The position numbers and the translations under genes are program-made. From contig JBKAGE010000082.1 of the NCBI GenBank assembly GCA_046290225.1, positions 1-64,000 of the forward strand: 64,000 nt of DNA, in the 5' to 3' direction. The number at the start of each line of letters is the position of its first letter. The first letter of the stretch is position 1. The stretch is from Bradymonadia bacterium (GTDB taxonomy: Bacteria; Myxococcota_A; Bradymonadia; UBA7976; UBA1532). The notes beneath the pieces were generated by a model. That model worked only from the letters and a program-made list of their open reading frames with translations. It was not told the origin of the DNA and searched no databases. Below are positions 20,062 to 30,434 of the stretch, in pieces.

Positions 20062-20913
20062 ATGATCACCGAGATCAACGCCGCAGGCACTCCGATCAGA
20101 GGCGTATCCGTGGGCGGGGTCTACACCTCGCTGCAGGTGCCATCGCTGAGCGCGGTCTTCGATGCCGGCATCGGCCTGAGATCGACCGGCGCTGCGAAAT
20201 ACCTCTTCATCAGTCACGCACACGTCGATCACATCGGGGCGCTGCCCTCGCTGTTGGGTCTGCGGGGTCTCACCGGGGTGCGCACCCCGATGAAGATTTT
20301 CCTGCCGGCGCAGATCGCAGAGCACATGCGCGACATGCTCGACGCCGTGGGGCGTATGCACCGCCACCCCCTCGAGGTGGAGTTGATCCCCATGGAGCCC
20401 GGTGATGAGGTCTCGTTGCGCTCGGACTTGACCGTGCGGGCGTTCAAGACCTGGCACCCCGTGCCGGCTCTGGGCTACTTGTTCTTCAACACCGTCTCGA
20501 AGTTGAAGGCCGAGTTCGCCCACCTGCCGGGCAAGGAGATAGGGCGCCTGCGCAAAGAAGGCGCGCCCATCTTCGACAAGCAGGTCAAGCTGGAGCTGGC
20601 ATACGCCACCGACACGCTGCCGAGGGTGCTCGAGACCACGCCGGAGCTGCTCGAGACGCGGGTACTCATCTTGGAGTGCACATTCCTCGACGAGCGCAAG
20701 AGCGTCGAGAATGCCCGAGCGGGGTGCCACATTCACCTCGACGAGTTGCTGAACTTCGCCGACGATCTGAAGAACGAGGCGTTGGTGCTGATGCACTTCA
20801 GCCAGCTCTACAAGCCCGCCGATGTGCCGCGCATTCTGAAAGCGCGGTGCCCGGAGGAGATGATGGCGCGCATCGTGCCGTTCGTGCCCGACAGCCCACA
20901 GTGGCCGGGCTGA
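20062..20913 (+). CDS. rnz: Ribonuclease Z, short-arm Thermotoga/plant (TM) type, metallo-beta-lactamase fold
   Basis: GVSVGG, SHAHVDH, short arm [34 protein letters not shown] and LMHFSQLY motifs. Confidence 0.8.
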   Translation: MITEINAAGTPIRGVSVGGVYTSLQVPSLSAVFDAGIGLRSTGAAKYLFISHAHVDHIGALPSLLGLRGLTGVRTPMKIFLPAQIAEHMRDMLDAVGRMHRHPLEVELIPMEPGDEVSLRSDLTVRAFKTWHPVPALGYLFFNTVSKLKAEFAHLPGKEIGRLRKEGAPIFDKQVKLELAYATDTLPRVLETTPELLETRVLILECTFLDERKSVENARAGCHIHLDELLNFADDLKNEALVLMHFSQLYKPADVPRILKARCPEEMMARIVPFVPDSPQWPG

Positions 20914-21008
20914 GCGGACGACCCAGCTTCGCTGCGTCTGTAGCGGACGGCCGTGCCTTTGGCACCGCCGTCCGCTACAGGCGGCCCGAAGGGCGGCCGT
21001 CCGCTACA
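20911..21008. repeat. REP-like palindromic cluster built on (C)TGTAGCGGACGG
   Basis: CTGTAGCGGACGG at 20938-20950 pairs with CCGTCCGCTACAG at 20968-20980 around a GTGCC-TTT-GGCAC hairpin. Further copies: TGAGCGGACG at 20911 and CCGTCCGCTACA at 20997-21008. Confidence 0.8.
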
Positions 21009-21513
21009 CGCGACCCGAGCGCACCTTCTGACGCACCCCCCACACCAACAACAACAGCCACGCCGTCACTGCCACCGCGTCGGTGGCGTGCGTCTGGCAC
21101 CCACCATCGTCACCCCCATCGTCAGTGCTCGTATCCGGTGGGAAGCAGTACATACATTCGTTGAAGGCCGTCACCTCGTCATCCGTGCACTGAGGCTGTA
21201 CCTTGCAGACGCCGGGGCTTTCCCCGTCATCCCTTATGCAGGCGTCACCAGAAGCCATGGCATGACATGGGTCTTTACAGACGATGCATCTGTCAGCGCC
21301 GTTTTCATCAGGCTCCAGCATACACAAATAGTCTTGAATACATTCACCAAACAATCCCCCGAAGTATCGACAGCCATCTCCGTCGGACTTGCCTTCACAT
21401 GCCAGATACGCAGCAGGCACATTTCCGGCACTCGAACCTGGTGTGATCCACAACAAAGCAGCTGCAGTGACCCAGAGCCATTGAGCTCGCCAAGAATTCG
21501 TCATTTCGGGCAC
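21004..21513 (-). CDS. Small Cys-rich secreted protein with MYXO-CTERM-like tail
   Basis: Signal peptide, many Cys, tail GGDDGGCQ...AWLLLLVWGVRQKVR; visibly more AT-rich than its neighbours. Confidence 0.65.
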   Translation of the reverse strand: MPEMTNSWRAQWLWVTAAALLWITPGSSAGNVPAAYLACEGKSDGDGCRYFGGLFGECIQDYLCMLEPDENGADRCIVCKDPCHAMASGDACIRDDGESPGVCKVQPQCTDDEVTAFNECMYCFPPDTSTDDGGDDGGCQTHATDAVAVTAWLLLLVWGVRQKVRSGRV

Positions 21514-21658
21514 TTCCCCTGCGCTCGAGGGCTCTACAGCCTAGCTGAGTGCGTAAAACGCGTTTCTACCACCTAAAGTAGGTCACTCGCCTCACCGAAG
21601 GAATCAACGGGTGCCCGTCACCTTCGTACTCTTCATGGGAAGTGAGGATCCATCACCA

Positions 21659-22843
21659 ATGTTTGGTTTTAAGCAACGTAACAACACCGAGCTCTTCGAC
21701 GAAGGTCCGGCCCAGGGTGCTCAGGATGATGGCTTTCAGCGCATGCTGGACGCCGCATCGTTCGGCGCCATTCGCTTCAACGCCAGCAGCGGCAGCGTCG
21801 AGTACGCCAACTCCGCAGCCAGCCAGCTGACCGGGCAGAGCACCTACGGGTCCAGCTTTGCCAGCATCTTCAGCGACAGTGGGGCCAGCGCCGCCTTCAA
21901 GTCGGCCAGCCAGTTGCCCTACAGCGGCACCACCCAGTTCAATGGCAAGAGCTTCCAGTTCACCCTCGATGCTGTCCCTGGCCCGCAGGGACCGTACACA
22001 TGGTGTTTTGCCAGCTTCTACCCAGCGCAGGCGTCCACACAGACGGGCAGCAGCTCCGGCTCGAATGCCCAGGCCAAATCCCAAGCCCAGGACATCGCCA
22101 GCTCTGCCCAGGACCTGCAATCGGCCATCTCGTCGATCAGCACCCAGAGTCAGCAGACCGTCCAGGAGCTGCACGCCTCTGTGGAAGAGGTACGCCACGC
22201 CACGGAGAACGTGGAGATGGTGGCCGCAGCGTCGGACGAACTCTCCAGCTCCATCAGCGAGATCAGCCGGCAGGTGGCCGAGTCTTCCCGCATGGCCCAG
22301 GAGGCCGTGAGCGAGGCTCAGCGCACCAACAACATCGTCGAGAGCCTCGCTGAAGCCAGCGACAAGATCGGTGAGGTGGTGAACCTGATCCAGGACATCG
22401 CCGAGAAGACCAACCTGCTGGCGCTCAACGCCACCATCGAGGCAGCCCGTGCGGGTGACGCCGGCAAGGGCTTCGCTGTGGTGGCCGACGAGGTGAAGAA
22501 CCTCGCCAGTCAGACCGCCAAGGCCACCGAGGACATCGCCCGCCAGATCAACTCGATCCAGGGCTCCACCGGCCTCGCAGTTCAGGCCATCAGCAGCATC
22601 GGCGAGACCATCGAGCGTCTGTCTGAGATCTCCACGGGCATCGCCGCTGCAGTGGAAGAGCAGGGCGCAGCCACCCACGAGATCGCCCGCAACGTGCAAG
22701 AGGCCTCGCGCAACACCCAGGGTGTGGCTGACCGCCTGCAGGGGCTGGCCCATCGCGCCGGTGACAATGGCATCGACCGGTTCGAGTCCACCACTCAGGC
22801 ACTTCAGCAAAAGGCTGCGGCTCTGGGCAGCGCCTTCGCATGA
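21659..22843 (+). CDS. Soluble methyl-accepting chemotaxis protein with PAS-like N-terminus
   Basis: [37 protein letters not shown] signalling hairpin; [11 protein letters not shown]-like start; no transmembrane helix. Confidence 0.92.
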   Translation: MFGFKQRNNTELFDEGPAQGAQDDGFQRMLDAASFGAIRFNASSGSVEYANSAASQLTGQSTYGSSFASIFSDSGASAAFKSASQLPYSGTTQFNGKSFQFTLDAVPGPQGPYTWCFASFYPAQASTQTGSSSGSNAQAKSQAQDIASSAQDLQSAISSISTQSQQTVQELHASVEEVRHATENVEMVAAASDELSSSISEISRQVAESSRMAQEAVSEAQRTNNIVESLAEASDKIGEVVNLIQDIAEKTNLLALNATIEAARAGDAGKGFAVVADEVKNLASQTAKATEDIARQINSIQGSTGLAVQAISSIGETIERLSEISTGIAAAVEEQGAATHEIARNVQEASRNTQGVADRLQGLAHRAGDNGIDRFESTTQALQQKAAALGSAFA

Positions 22844-22999
22844 TGTCCTATCGCTGAGGATCCCAAGCCTCGGCGGCATCAGGCCCCTTCTACTCGACCC
22901 TCACCTACTTGTTCTTACCTTGCCTCTCACATCATGAGGGGTATGCATCGTCACACATGTGCGCTACTCTCCTCTCATTCTATGTGACTGGAGACACCC

Positions 23000-25900
23000 A
23001 TGCCGACGATGCGTCGACGCTTGCTCGCCTCTCTGGGCTTTGCCTCTCTCGCTTCCGCATTCTGGATCAGCGAAGCCTCTGCCGGCCACGGCTACCACCA
23101 CTGTGCCATTCTCGACACAGGCGATGTGAAGTGCTGGGGCTACAACAACTACGGCAACCTCGGCCTCGGTGACACCAACCTGCGCGGTGACAGCGTCGCG
23201 GAGATGGGCGACAACCTGCCCACCGTCGATCTATCCGGTCGCGACATCGTTCAGCTCATTGGTGGTGGTCACAGCGTCTGTGCTCTGTCGACTGCTGGTG
23301 AGGTGCTGTGTTGGGGCTACAACGCCCACGGCAACCTCGGTGAAGGCAACACCAGTCATCGCGGCAACTCGGCCAACGAGATGGGCAACAACATCTCCCC
23401 TGTGGACTTTGGGAGTGCTGGTGCTGCTGTAGAGATCGGCGGCGGTCTGTATCACACCTGTGCGCGATTCTCGAACAACCGCATCAAGTGCTGGGGTCGC
23501 AACAGCCATGGGCAGCTCGGACTCGGCGATACCAACAATCGCGGTGATGCTGCCAACGAGATGGGCAACAACCTCCCCTATGTCGATCTCGGCACTGACG
23601 ACAACGGAGATCCGCTGCAGGTGGCTGAAGTCACTGGCGGCTACTATCACACCTGTGCACGCTTCGATAACGGACGGGTAAAGTGTTGGGGCCTCAACAA
23701 CAATGGCCAGCTCGGGCTTGGCAACACAGCATACCGAGGTGATGGCCCCAACGAGATGGGCAATAACCTTCCCTATGTCGATCTCGGCACTGACGGCAAC
23801 GGAGATCCACTCCGAGTGACAGATCTCGACGCAGGGCACTATTCCACCTGCGCCACCTTCGAGAACAACCAAGTCAAGTGCTGGGGCTACGGTGCCAACG
23901 GCGCCCTGGGTTATGGCAACACCAACAGCCGTGGCGATAACGGCGGTGAAATGGGCAACAGCCTGCCCTTCGTCGATCTCGGCACCGGGCGCTCGGTAAA
24001 AGCCATCGCAGTGCAGATCTATTCGGTGTGTGCGATTCTGGACAACGATCGGGTGAAGTGCTGGGGCTACAATGGCCACGGCAACCTGGGCCAGGGCAAC
24101 ACCACCACCCGCGGTGACAACGGCGGTGAGATGGGTGACAACCTCGCCTACACCGAGCTCGGTGATGGTGTGACCCCCGTGGACATCAGCTCTGCCTATT
24201 ACTCCACCTGCATCCTGACCGACGACGCTCGGGTGAAGTGCTGGGGCCACAACAGTGGCAGTCGCCTCGGCTATACACAATACGGCACCCATGTGGGTGA
24301 CGGCGCCAACGAGATGGGCAACAACCTCGCCTATGTTCCCTTGGGCAACGTCACCATCACCGAGCTCTCGAACAACGCTCTCTCAGGCTGTGGGGACGAT
24401 GACGGTGACGGCATCTGTGATGTCGACGACAACTGCCCCTTCGCGGCAAATGCCGGGCAGGCAGACACTGATGGCGACGGTGCAGGCGATGCCTGTGATG
24501 CCTGCGCGAACGACGCGACGAACGATGCAGACGGCGATGGCATCTGCCAGGACGTCGATAACTGCATCACGGTGGCCAATGCGGACCAGACCGACAACAA
24601 CGGTGACGGCTTCGGTGACGCTTGTGTGAGCGTGAACGCCGACATCGACCCCACCGCTACCCTCGGCAACGACCTCGTCATCGGCGAGAACGCTGTGATT
24701 GGTGCCTTCGCCCGCGTGGACGACGGCGCAACTGTCATGGGCACCCTCGGCAGCAGCGTCGGTATCGGCGCCGGCTCAGTCGTGGGTGCAGGGGCCAACC
24801 TCGCGAACGGTGTCAGCGTCGGCGAGAACGTCGGCATTGGCGCCAACACCACGATTGGTGTCATCGCTCGCATCGGTGATGGGGCCAGCATCGGCGCCAA
24901 CGTCACCATCGGTACCCAGGGCGACATTGGTGCTGGTGCGGTCATCCCTGACGGTGTGCAAATCGGCGAGATCTCCGGGGTGGGTGCCAACACTCAGCTC
25001 GGCGCTGGCTGTGTCCTCGGGAACAACGCCCGGTTCGGCGCCAATGGTGCCACGGGCACGGACTGCACCCTCGAGTCGAACACCCGTGTCGGTGACGACT
25101 TTGTATTCGGTGACACTGTCTATGTGGAATCCAATGCCACCATCGAGCCTGAGGCCGACTTCGGCAACGGCGTCCGCATCGGCGATTACGCTGTCGTGGG
25201 TCGCAATGCCCACCTCGGTGCTGGTACTACGCTGGCTTCTGGCGCCGAGCTCGGTGAGAACGCCGCCGTGGGCACGGATTCCGAGATTCGCGGTGCCCTG
25301 GGCAACGGCGTGACCTTGGGCGCTGACTGTTTCGTCGGTAACCAGAGCAGCCTCGCCGATAACTGCACCTTCGGAGATCGCGTCACCACCGGCATCTTCG
25401 TCACCCTTGGTGCCCGCTGCGATGTGGGTGATGACTCTGCCATCTACGACGGGGTCACCCTCGGCGTCGATGGTGCCATTGGCGCCCGCAGCACGGTGCT
25501 CTTCCGGGCCACCATCGGTGACGACGCCACCATTGGCACCGACACCATCATCGACGAGCAGGTCGAGACCGGCCATCGGTTCACACTGGGCAACAACAGC
25601 CGCCTGTGGCCCCGCTCCGGCTTCGGCAACGACGTCAGCATCGGCGCCAACGTACTCATTCGTGACACTGCTGACGTAGGCGATGATGTGACCATCGAAG
25701 ATGACGTCACCATCTACCCCGAGACCACCATTGGCAGGGAAACCATCATCCGCCAGGGCGTAGAGCTCGGCGTAGCCATTTGCGCCACTCAGCGTTGTGG
25801 CCAGGTCACCGTCGGTGAGTGTGCCGACGTTAATGCTGACATGAGCCCTCTGAGCGACATGCCTGGCAGCTGTGCCGATGGTACCGAGCCTGGCCGCGCG

Positions 25901-26545
25901 GGGCTGAGCTGCGCTGACCTGCTCGCTGAAGGCGTGACCGTCGATGGCGCTTACTGGATCGACCCTGACGGCGATGGCCCTGTGGAGGCGGTGCAAACGT
26001 GGTGTGATCAAACCACGGATGGTGGTGGCTGGACACTCGTGAGCAAGTACAGTGGCAGCACCAACGGCAACGTCTACTCAGACAATGCTGAATTCAACAT
26101 CGCAGCACTGACGCAAACCGCCGCAAATGCCAATGCCAAGGTGACCAACGACTTCATCTATGCCCTCGTGGATGATCGAGCCGGGGCCACCTTCCGCGGT
26201 GTATCGTCACTCTATGACACGGTCATCCAGCGCACTGACGGGGTGAATGTGTTTGATGTGACGGGCGCTGCTGGCGCAACTTATCAGTGTAAGCAGACCA
26301 CAGCAGCAAACTGGGTTCAGTACACGATGATCAATGGCTGCAACAACGGCGCTCACTACCCCGTCGTTCGGGTGAGCACCTGGACTCAGGGTTGCGACTA
26401 CGTCGGCTACAATCAGGCTCAGAAGCCCTGTGGTGACGGCTTGCACTTCTCCTCGGGCTCCTCCGCCAACCACAGCCAGCGCTCCGGTATCGACGCGGGC
26501 TATACCTCAAGTGCAGCCCGTCCCGGTGTCTGGTACGTCCGCTGA
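23000..26545 (+). CDS. Giant secreted protein: RCC1 repeats + thrombospondin type-3 repeats + long hexapeptide (LbH) repeat + divergent fibrinogen-like C-terminal domain (paralog 1)
   Basis: Repeated (V/I)KCWGxNxxGxLG; DxDGDGxxDxxDNC; ~400 aa of (I/V/L)GxxxX hexads; YWIDPDG...[14 protein letters not shown]...VWYVR. Confidence 0.9.
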   Translation: MPTMRRRLLASLGFASLASAFWISEASAGHGYHHCAILDTGDVKCWGYNNYGNLGLGDTNLRGDSVAEMGDNLPTVDLSGRDIVQLIGGGHSVCALSTAGEVLCWGYNAHGNLGEGNTSHRGNSANEMGNNISPVDFGSAGAAVEIGGGLYHTCARFSNNRIKCWGRNSHGQLGLGDTNNRGDAANEMGNNLPYVDLGTDDNGDPLQVAEVTGGYYHTCARFDNGRVKCWGLNNNGQLGLGNTAYRGDGPNEMGNNLPYVDLGTDGNGDPLRVTDLDAGHYSTCATFENNQVKCWGYGANGALGYGNTNSRGDNGGEMGNSLPFVDLGTGRSVKAIAVQIYSVCAILDNDRVKCWGYNGHGNLGQGNTTTRGDNGGEMGDNLAYTELGDGVTPVDISSAYYSTCILTDDARVKCWGHNSGSRLGYTQYGTHVGDGANEMGNNLAYVPLGNVTITELSNNALSGCGDDDGDGICDVDDNCPFAANAGQADTDGDGAGDACDACANDATNDADGDGICQDVDNCITVANADQTDNNGDGFGDACVSVNADIDPTATLGNDLVIGENAVIGAFARVDDGATVMGTLGSSVGIGAGSVVGAGANLANGVSVGENVGIGANTTIGVIARIGDGASIGANVTIGTQGDIGAGAVIPDGVQIGEISGVGANTQLGAGCVLGNNARFGANGATGTDCTLESNTRVGDDFVFGDTVYVESNATIEPEADFGNGVRIGDYAVVGRNAHLGAGTTLASGAELGENAAVGTDSEIRGALGNGVTLGADCFVGNQSSLADNCTFGDRVTTGIFVTLGARCDVGDDSAIYDGVTLGVDGAIGARSTVLFRATIGDDATIGTDTIIDEQVETGHRFTLGNNSRLWPRSGFGNDVSIGANVLIRDTADVGDDVTIEDDVTIYPETTIGRETIIRQGVELGVAICATQRCGQVTVGECADVNADMSPLSDMPGSCADGTEPGRAGLSCADLLAEGVTVDGAYWIDPDGDGPVEAVQTWCDQTTDGGGWTLVSKYSGSTNGNVYSDNAEFNIAALTQTAANANAKVTNDFIYALVDDRAGATFRGVSSLYDTVIQRTDGVNVFDVTGAAGATYQCKQTTAANWVQYTMINGCNNGAHYPVVRVSTWTQGCDYVGYNQAQKPCGDGLHFSSGSSANHSQRSGIDAGYTSSAARPGVWYVR

Positions 26546-26590
26546 GGCTTCAGCGCGGCTTTCCCCAATGCCGCCCTCACCTCACACGAT

Positions 26591-27592
26591 TCAACGTGCC
26601 CGCCCCGCCTCGAGCAACCAACGCCCCAGTTGAGCGCTGAACACCTCCGCCCCATGTGGGGTGACGTGGCCATAGTCATAGAAGTCGGTGGGCATCAGGC
26701 CGAAAGCGCTGGCCCGAGGCTCGAGGTGGCCGTCGATGCTCAGTGATGCCAGGGCCTCGCGATACTCGCCCCAGGCCTGCGGCCGATGCTGCTCTACCCA
26801 GTCCACATAGCGATCTCGCAAGGGCGCCTCGAAGATCAGCAACTGAACACCATCTTCTTCAGTCATGCGCTTGAGGGTCTGCACATGCTCGATGGCGAGG
26901 GTGTTGAGCTGCCAGTGCTTGAGGTAACGGCGACCCGAGGCCGCCACATCGAAGGTCTCGGGCCCCTTGGGGCCTTTGCTCTTGCGGACGATGCGCCCAT
27001 CAGAGGCCAGCTTCACATCGTGGTTCTGGGTCTGATGCAGTGAAGAGAGCATTCGACGGAGCGGGCGCCGGATGTCATAGGTCTTCCACACCCACCCAGC
27101 GATCAGTTTGGGCTGATGAATCATGGCGTGGCCCTGGAGGCGCTCGCTCAAACCATATGCCCGCATCGCCCTGTCCAGCGGTGGGTAGCCAGCGTTGAGC
27201 TGCCAGTCATCCAGGCCCAGGAGCAGCACCTCGGCGCCAGACAGGCGCCCTCGATGGCGGGTGTACATGGCCAGGGCGTCTCGGGGCGTGCCCTGAGCGA
27301 GGGCGACGTTCATCACCGCGCCTGCTGGCAGCCCCATGGCCTGAGCGACGACGTCGGGCGCCACGGCGTCACGGGGCCTGCTCGACCCCATCACCAGCAC
27401 TTTGGGGGTCGGGCGCTGAGCGATCACCTGCCGCTCCACGGCCTCCATCACCCCGACATATGTCTTGTTGTTCCAGGACCACACCCACCCGGGCCGGGCC
27501 ACGGCCAGCTCGACGACGAGCAAGATGGCCGCCGCAAGGCAGAACCCCTTGGGAAGCGGGAAGCTGCCTTGAAGGGTGCGCTGTCTGCTCAT
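26591..27592 (-). CDS. SGNH-like acyltransferase partner (DltD/AlgJ-like), paralog B
   Basis: One N-terminal TM helix; LVMGSSR and FYDYGH motifs; directly downstream of paralog A and the MBOAT gene. Confidence 0.75.
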   Translation of the reverse strand: MSRQRTLQGSFPLPKGFCLAAAILLVVELAVARPGWVWSWNNKTYVGVMEAVERQVIAQRPTPKVLVMGSSRPRDAVAPDVVAQAMGLPAGAVMNVALAQGTPRDALAMYTRHRGRLSGAEVLLLGLDDWQLNAGYPPLDRAMRAYGLSERLQGHAMIHQPKLIAGWVWKTYDIRRPLRRMLSSLHQTQNHDVKLASDGRIVRKSKGPKGPETFDVAASGRRYLKHWQLNTLAIEHVQTLKRMTEEDGVQLLIFEAPLRDRYVDWVEQHRPQAWGEYREALASLSIDGHLEPRASAFGLMPTDFYDYGHVTPHGAEVFSAQLGRWLLEAGRAR

Positions 27593-27624
27593 GGTTCCCC
27601 TGCCCACCGTAGATCGCTCAGGCG

Positions 27625-28641
27625 TCAGCGGACGCCCTGTGCCTTGAGCCACTCTCCCAGGCGCCGCGTGATGATCGTCGCCCCGGCAGGCGTGCAGTGC
27701 CCATAGTCGTAGAACAGCTCCTCTTCGAGGCCGAAGTCGCTGCCCCGCTCGCCGAACAACATCTCGATGCCCAGATCTTTGATGGCATCGCGATACTGAT
27801 TGATGCGCTTGGCATGCTCTGCCTCGACATAGTCGATGTATGCATTGCGCAAGGGCGGCTGGAACAGCATCAGGCGGGATCCATCGGCCTTGACCATCTC
27901 TTCGAGGTCTTTGATCGCCTCGAGTTCGAGGGTCTTGAACTTCCAGTGACCCATGTAGCGATCGGCCACTCGGGCGACGTTGATCTTGGAAGGCCCTCGG
28001 TCGCCGGTCTCTTCACGCCACACGACACGACCATCGTCAGAGACCTTGATGTCGCGCTGGCGCCCTCGCGTCACGTATTGCGCGAGCCGCTTCACCGAGC
28101 GCCTGGCGTCATAGGTCCGCCAGGCCCATCCGGCGATGAGGCTCGGATAATGATCCGAGGTGAAGCCTTCGAGGCGCTCGCTGAGCGTGTAGTTGCGCCG
28201 TTGGCGATCGGTGGGCGGGTAGCCGGCGTTGACGTACCAGTCCTCGAGACCCAGGACCACCACCGAAGCCTTGGCGAACTTCTCGCGATGGCGGGTGTAG
28301 AGCAACAGCGCATCCTTGGGCGTACCCTGAGACAAGGCGACGTTGAGGACGTCTCCCTGTTGCAGGCCCAACGTGGACTCGAGATCGCGAGGGGCGACCC
28401 CGTCGCGGATCCGACTCGATCCCATCACCAGCACCTTTGGCGGTTGGGCGGGTGTGATCACCTGTCGATCCATGGCGGCGACGATCCCTGCTGGTGTGTG
28501 ACCACTCCAATCCCAGAGCCAGTCCTGTCGCGCAGCGCCGAACTCCACGATCAGCAGAATCACAGCGGCGAGCAACGCACCCTTGGGCACGGGAAACGCG
28601 CCGGAGAGTGTACCTTTCGATGTTTTCTCGTCAGCCATCAC
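27625..28641 (-). CDS. SGNH-like acyltransferase partner (DltD/AlgJ-like), paralog A
   Basis: One N-terminal TM helix; LVMGSSR, NVALSQGTP and FYDYGH motifs. Confidence 0.78.
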   Translation of the reverse strand: MMADEKTSKGTLSGAFPVPKGALLAAVILLIVEFGAARQDWLWDWSGHTPAGIVAAMDRQVITPAQPPKVLVMGSSRIRDGVAPRDLESTLGLQQGDVLNVALSQGTPKDALLLYTRHREKFAKASVVVLGLEDWYVNAGYPPTDRQRRNYTLSERLEGFTSDHYPSLIAGWAWRTYDARRSVKRLAQYVTRGRQRDIKVSDDGRVVWREETGDRGPSKINVARVADRYMGHWKFKTLELEAIKDLEEMVKADGSRLMLFQPPLRNAYIDYVEAEHAKRINQYRDAIKDLGIEMLFGERGSDFGLEEELFYDYGHCTPAGATIITRRLGEWLKAQGVR

Positions 28642-28648
28642 TCACCTT

Positions 28649-30073
28649 CTAGAACTGGAAGTAGATGAAGGGCACTTCCTGCTCACTGTGGAAGGCGACC
28701 ATGTAAAGAATCATGCCGGTGTAGACGATGCCACGGATCGCCCAGTGCCATTTCAACATGGCATTCTGATCCCCCGTGCGATGCTGGGGGATGTCGATGA
28801 ACAAGACACATGCGATGAGATAGAGCGGCTGCTTGAAGAAGCTCAATGACAGATCGCTCAAATCGAAAGCCGCGATGCCCGAAAGCACTGCTGCTGACTG
28901 CTCGAAGGTCTGCGCTCGGAAAAACACCCAGGCAAAACCCACCACCAGCATGGTGACCAGCCAGCCCATCACGGCCTTGCTGGCGTCGCCCACCGTGGCA
29001 AAGCTCGCCTTTGCAGGGGGCTTCTCCCCTCTCAACCAGAGCTTGTGAAGCGCCAGGGCCAGGCCGTGGATCCCGCCCCACACCACGAAGTTCCACGAGG
29101 CCCCGTGCCAGAGGCCGCCGAGCAGCATGGTGAGCATCAAGTTGCGGTACACGAACCATTGAGGCCCGCGGTTGCCACCGAGAGAGATGTACAGATAGTC
29201 CCGAAGCCATGATGACAGCGAGATGTGCCATCGGCGCCAGAAGACAGTGATGTTCGTCGAGAAGTAAGGGTGCCTGAAGTTCTCCATCAACTCGACACCG
29301 AGCATGCGGGACAAGCCGCGGGCGATGGAGGAGTAGCCCGAGAAGTCACCATAGATCTGCAGGGCGAACATGAGCACGCCCAGGAGCAGGGGGATGGTGG
29401 TCATGTCGGCGGCGTTGGCGAAGGCTTGGTTGGCTCGATCGGCGGCGATGTCGGCGATCATGATCTTGCGGAACAGGCCGATGAGCACCAGCTGAGCACC
29501 GGAATAGAGCTGCTCGGCGGTCACCGTGCGGGGCTGGGAGATCTGGGGCATCAAGTTTTGAGCCCGCTCGATGGGCCCTGCCACCAGCTGAGGGAAGAAA
29601 GCCACGTAGATGGCGAAGTCGAGGGGATCCCGGACAGCCTTCATCCGGCCCCGATAGACATCGATGCTGTAGGCGAGGGTCTGGAACGTATAAAAGCTGA
29701 TGCCTACAGGGAGCACGATCTCCAAGGTGACCGCGTCGACTTCGACCCCGAAAGCCGCCATGGCCCCTACGAGGCTGTCGGCAAAGAAATTGAAATATTT
29801 GAAGAACCCCAGGATGCCCAGGTTGGTGCCGAGGCTGATCCAGAGCAGACGTTTTCGCCGGGTTTGCTCATCGGTGGCCTCGATGGCCTTGCCCACGGCG
29901 AAGTCCACCGCCGTCGATACCCAGAGCAAGCCCAGGAACCGCCAGTCCCAAGCGCCGTAGAACACATACGATCCGATGAGGATCAGCCAGTTCTGCCCGC
30001 GGTGGGGCAGACGGTAGTACAGCCCGTAGACGATGATGCAGAAGGCCAGGAATGTCCACGAATTGAATGTCAC
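28649..30073 (-). CDS. MBOAT family O-acyltransferase (AlgI/PatA/DltB-like)
   Basis: LPVGISFYTFQ, FFPQLVAGPIER, FWRRWHISLSSWLRDYLYI, GLWHGA and C-terminal PFIYFQF. Confidence 0.95.
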   Translation of the reverse strand: MTFNSWTFLAFCIIVYGLYYRLPHRGQNWLILIGSYVFYGAWDWRFLGLLWVSTAVDFAVGKAIEATDEQTRRKRLLWISLGTNLGILGFFKYFNFFADSLVGAMAAFGVEVDAVTLEIVLPVGISFYTFQTLAYSIDVYRGRMKAVRDPLDFAIYVAFFPQLVAGPIERAQNLMPQISQPRTVTAEQLYSGAQLVLIGLFRKIMIADIAADRANQAFANAADMTTIPLLLGVLMFALQIYGDFSGYSSIARGLSRMLGVELMENFRHPYFSTNITVFWRRWHISLSSWLRDYLYISLGGNRGPQWFVYRNLMLTMLLGGLWHGASWNFVVWGGIHGLALALHKLWLRGEKPPAKASFATVGDASKAVMGWLVTMLVVGFAWVFFRAQTFEQSAAVLSGIAAFDLSDLSLSFFKQPLYLIACVLFIDIPQHRTGDQNAMLKWHWAIRGIVYTGMILYMVAFHSEQEVPFIYFQF

Positions 30074-30357
30074 CGTTTTCCCTCAAATGTCGCGTGGCTA
30101 CACGCTCCCCCAGCAGCCTGCGAAAGGCAATAAAACGCCCTTCATCGGGTCAGGCCCACCTGCGTCTCCAGCGACGGGCATGGTACTTGACGCTTTCAAG
30201 GCGCTCGACTGGCTACTGCTCTTGCCACCCGCATCTTACAGCTTCCACCCGATCTGGCAGATCGATCAGCCATCCATGCCTTTTTCAGGCAGGACTGCTC
30301 GACATTGTTCTAAGCGTTTTTGAACACTTAGCCAGAGACCGACACAAAAATGACACT

Positions 30358-30375
30358 TTGGCATGCGAATCGCTT
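30358..30375 (+). promoter_or_regulatory. Putative sigma54 (-24/-12) promoter of lipoprotein copy 1
   Basis: TTGGCATGCGAATCGCTT has GG-N10-GC spacing, lies ~60 bp before the ATG, and is identical in front of copy 2. Confidence 0.65.
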
Positions 30376-30434
30376 AATACATGGGCATTCCCAATTGGCA
30401 CCCAACATCTACTCCAAATGAGGGGAGTGGCAGC

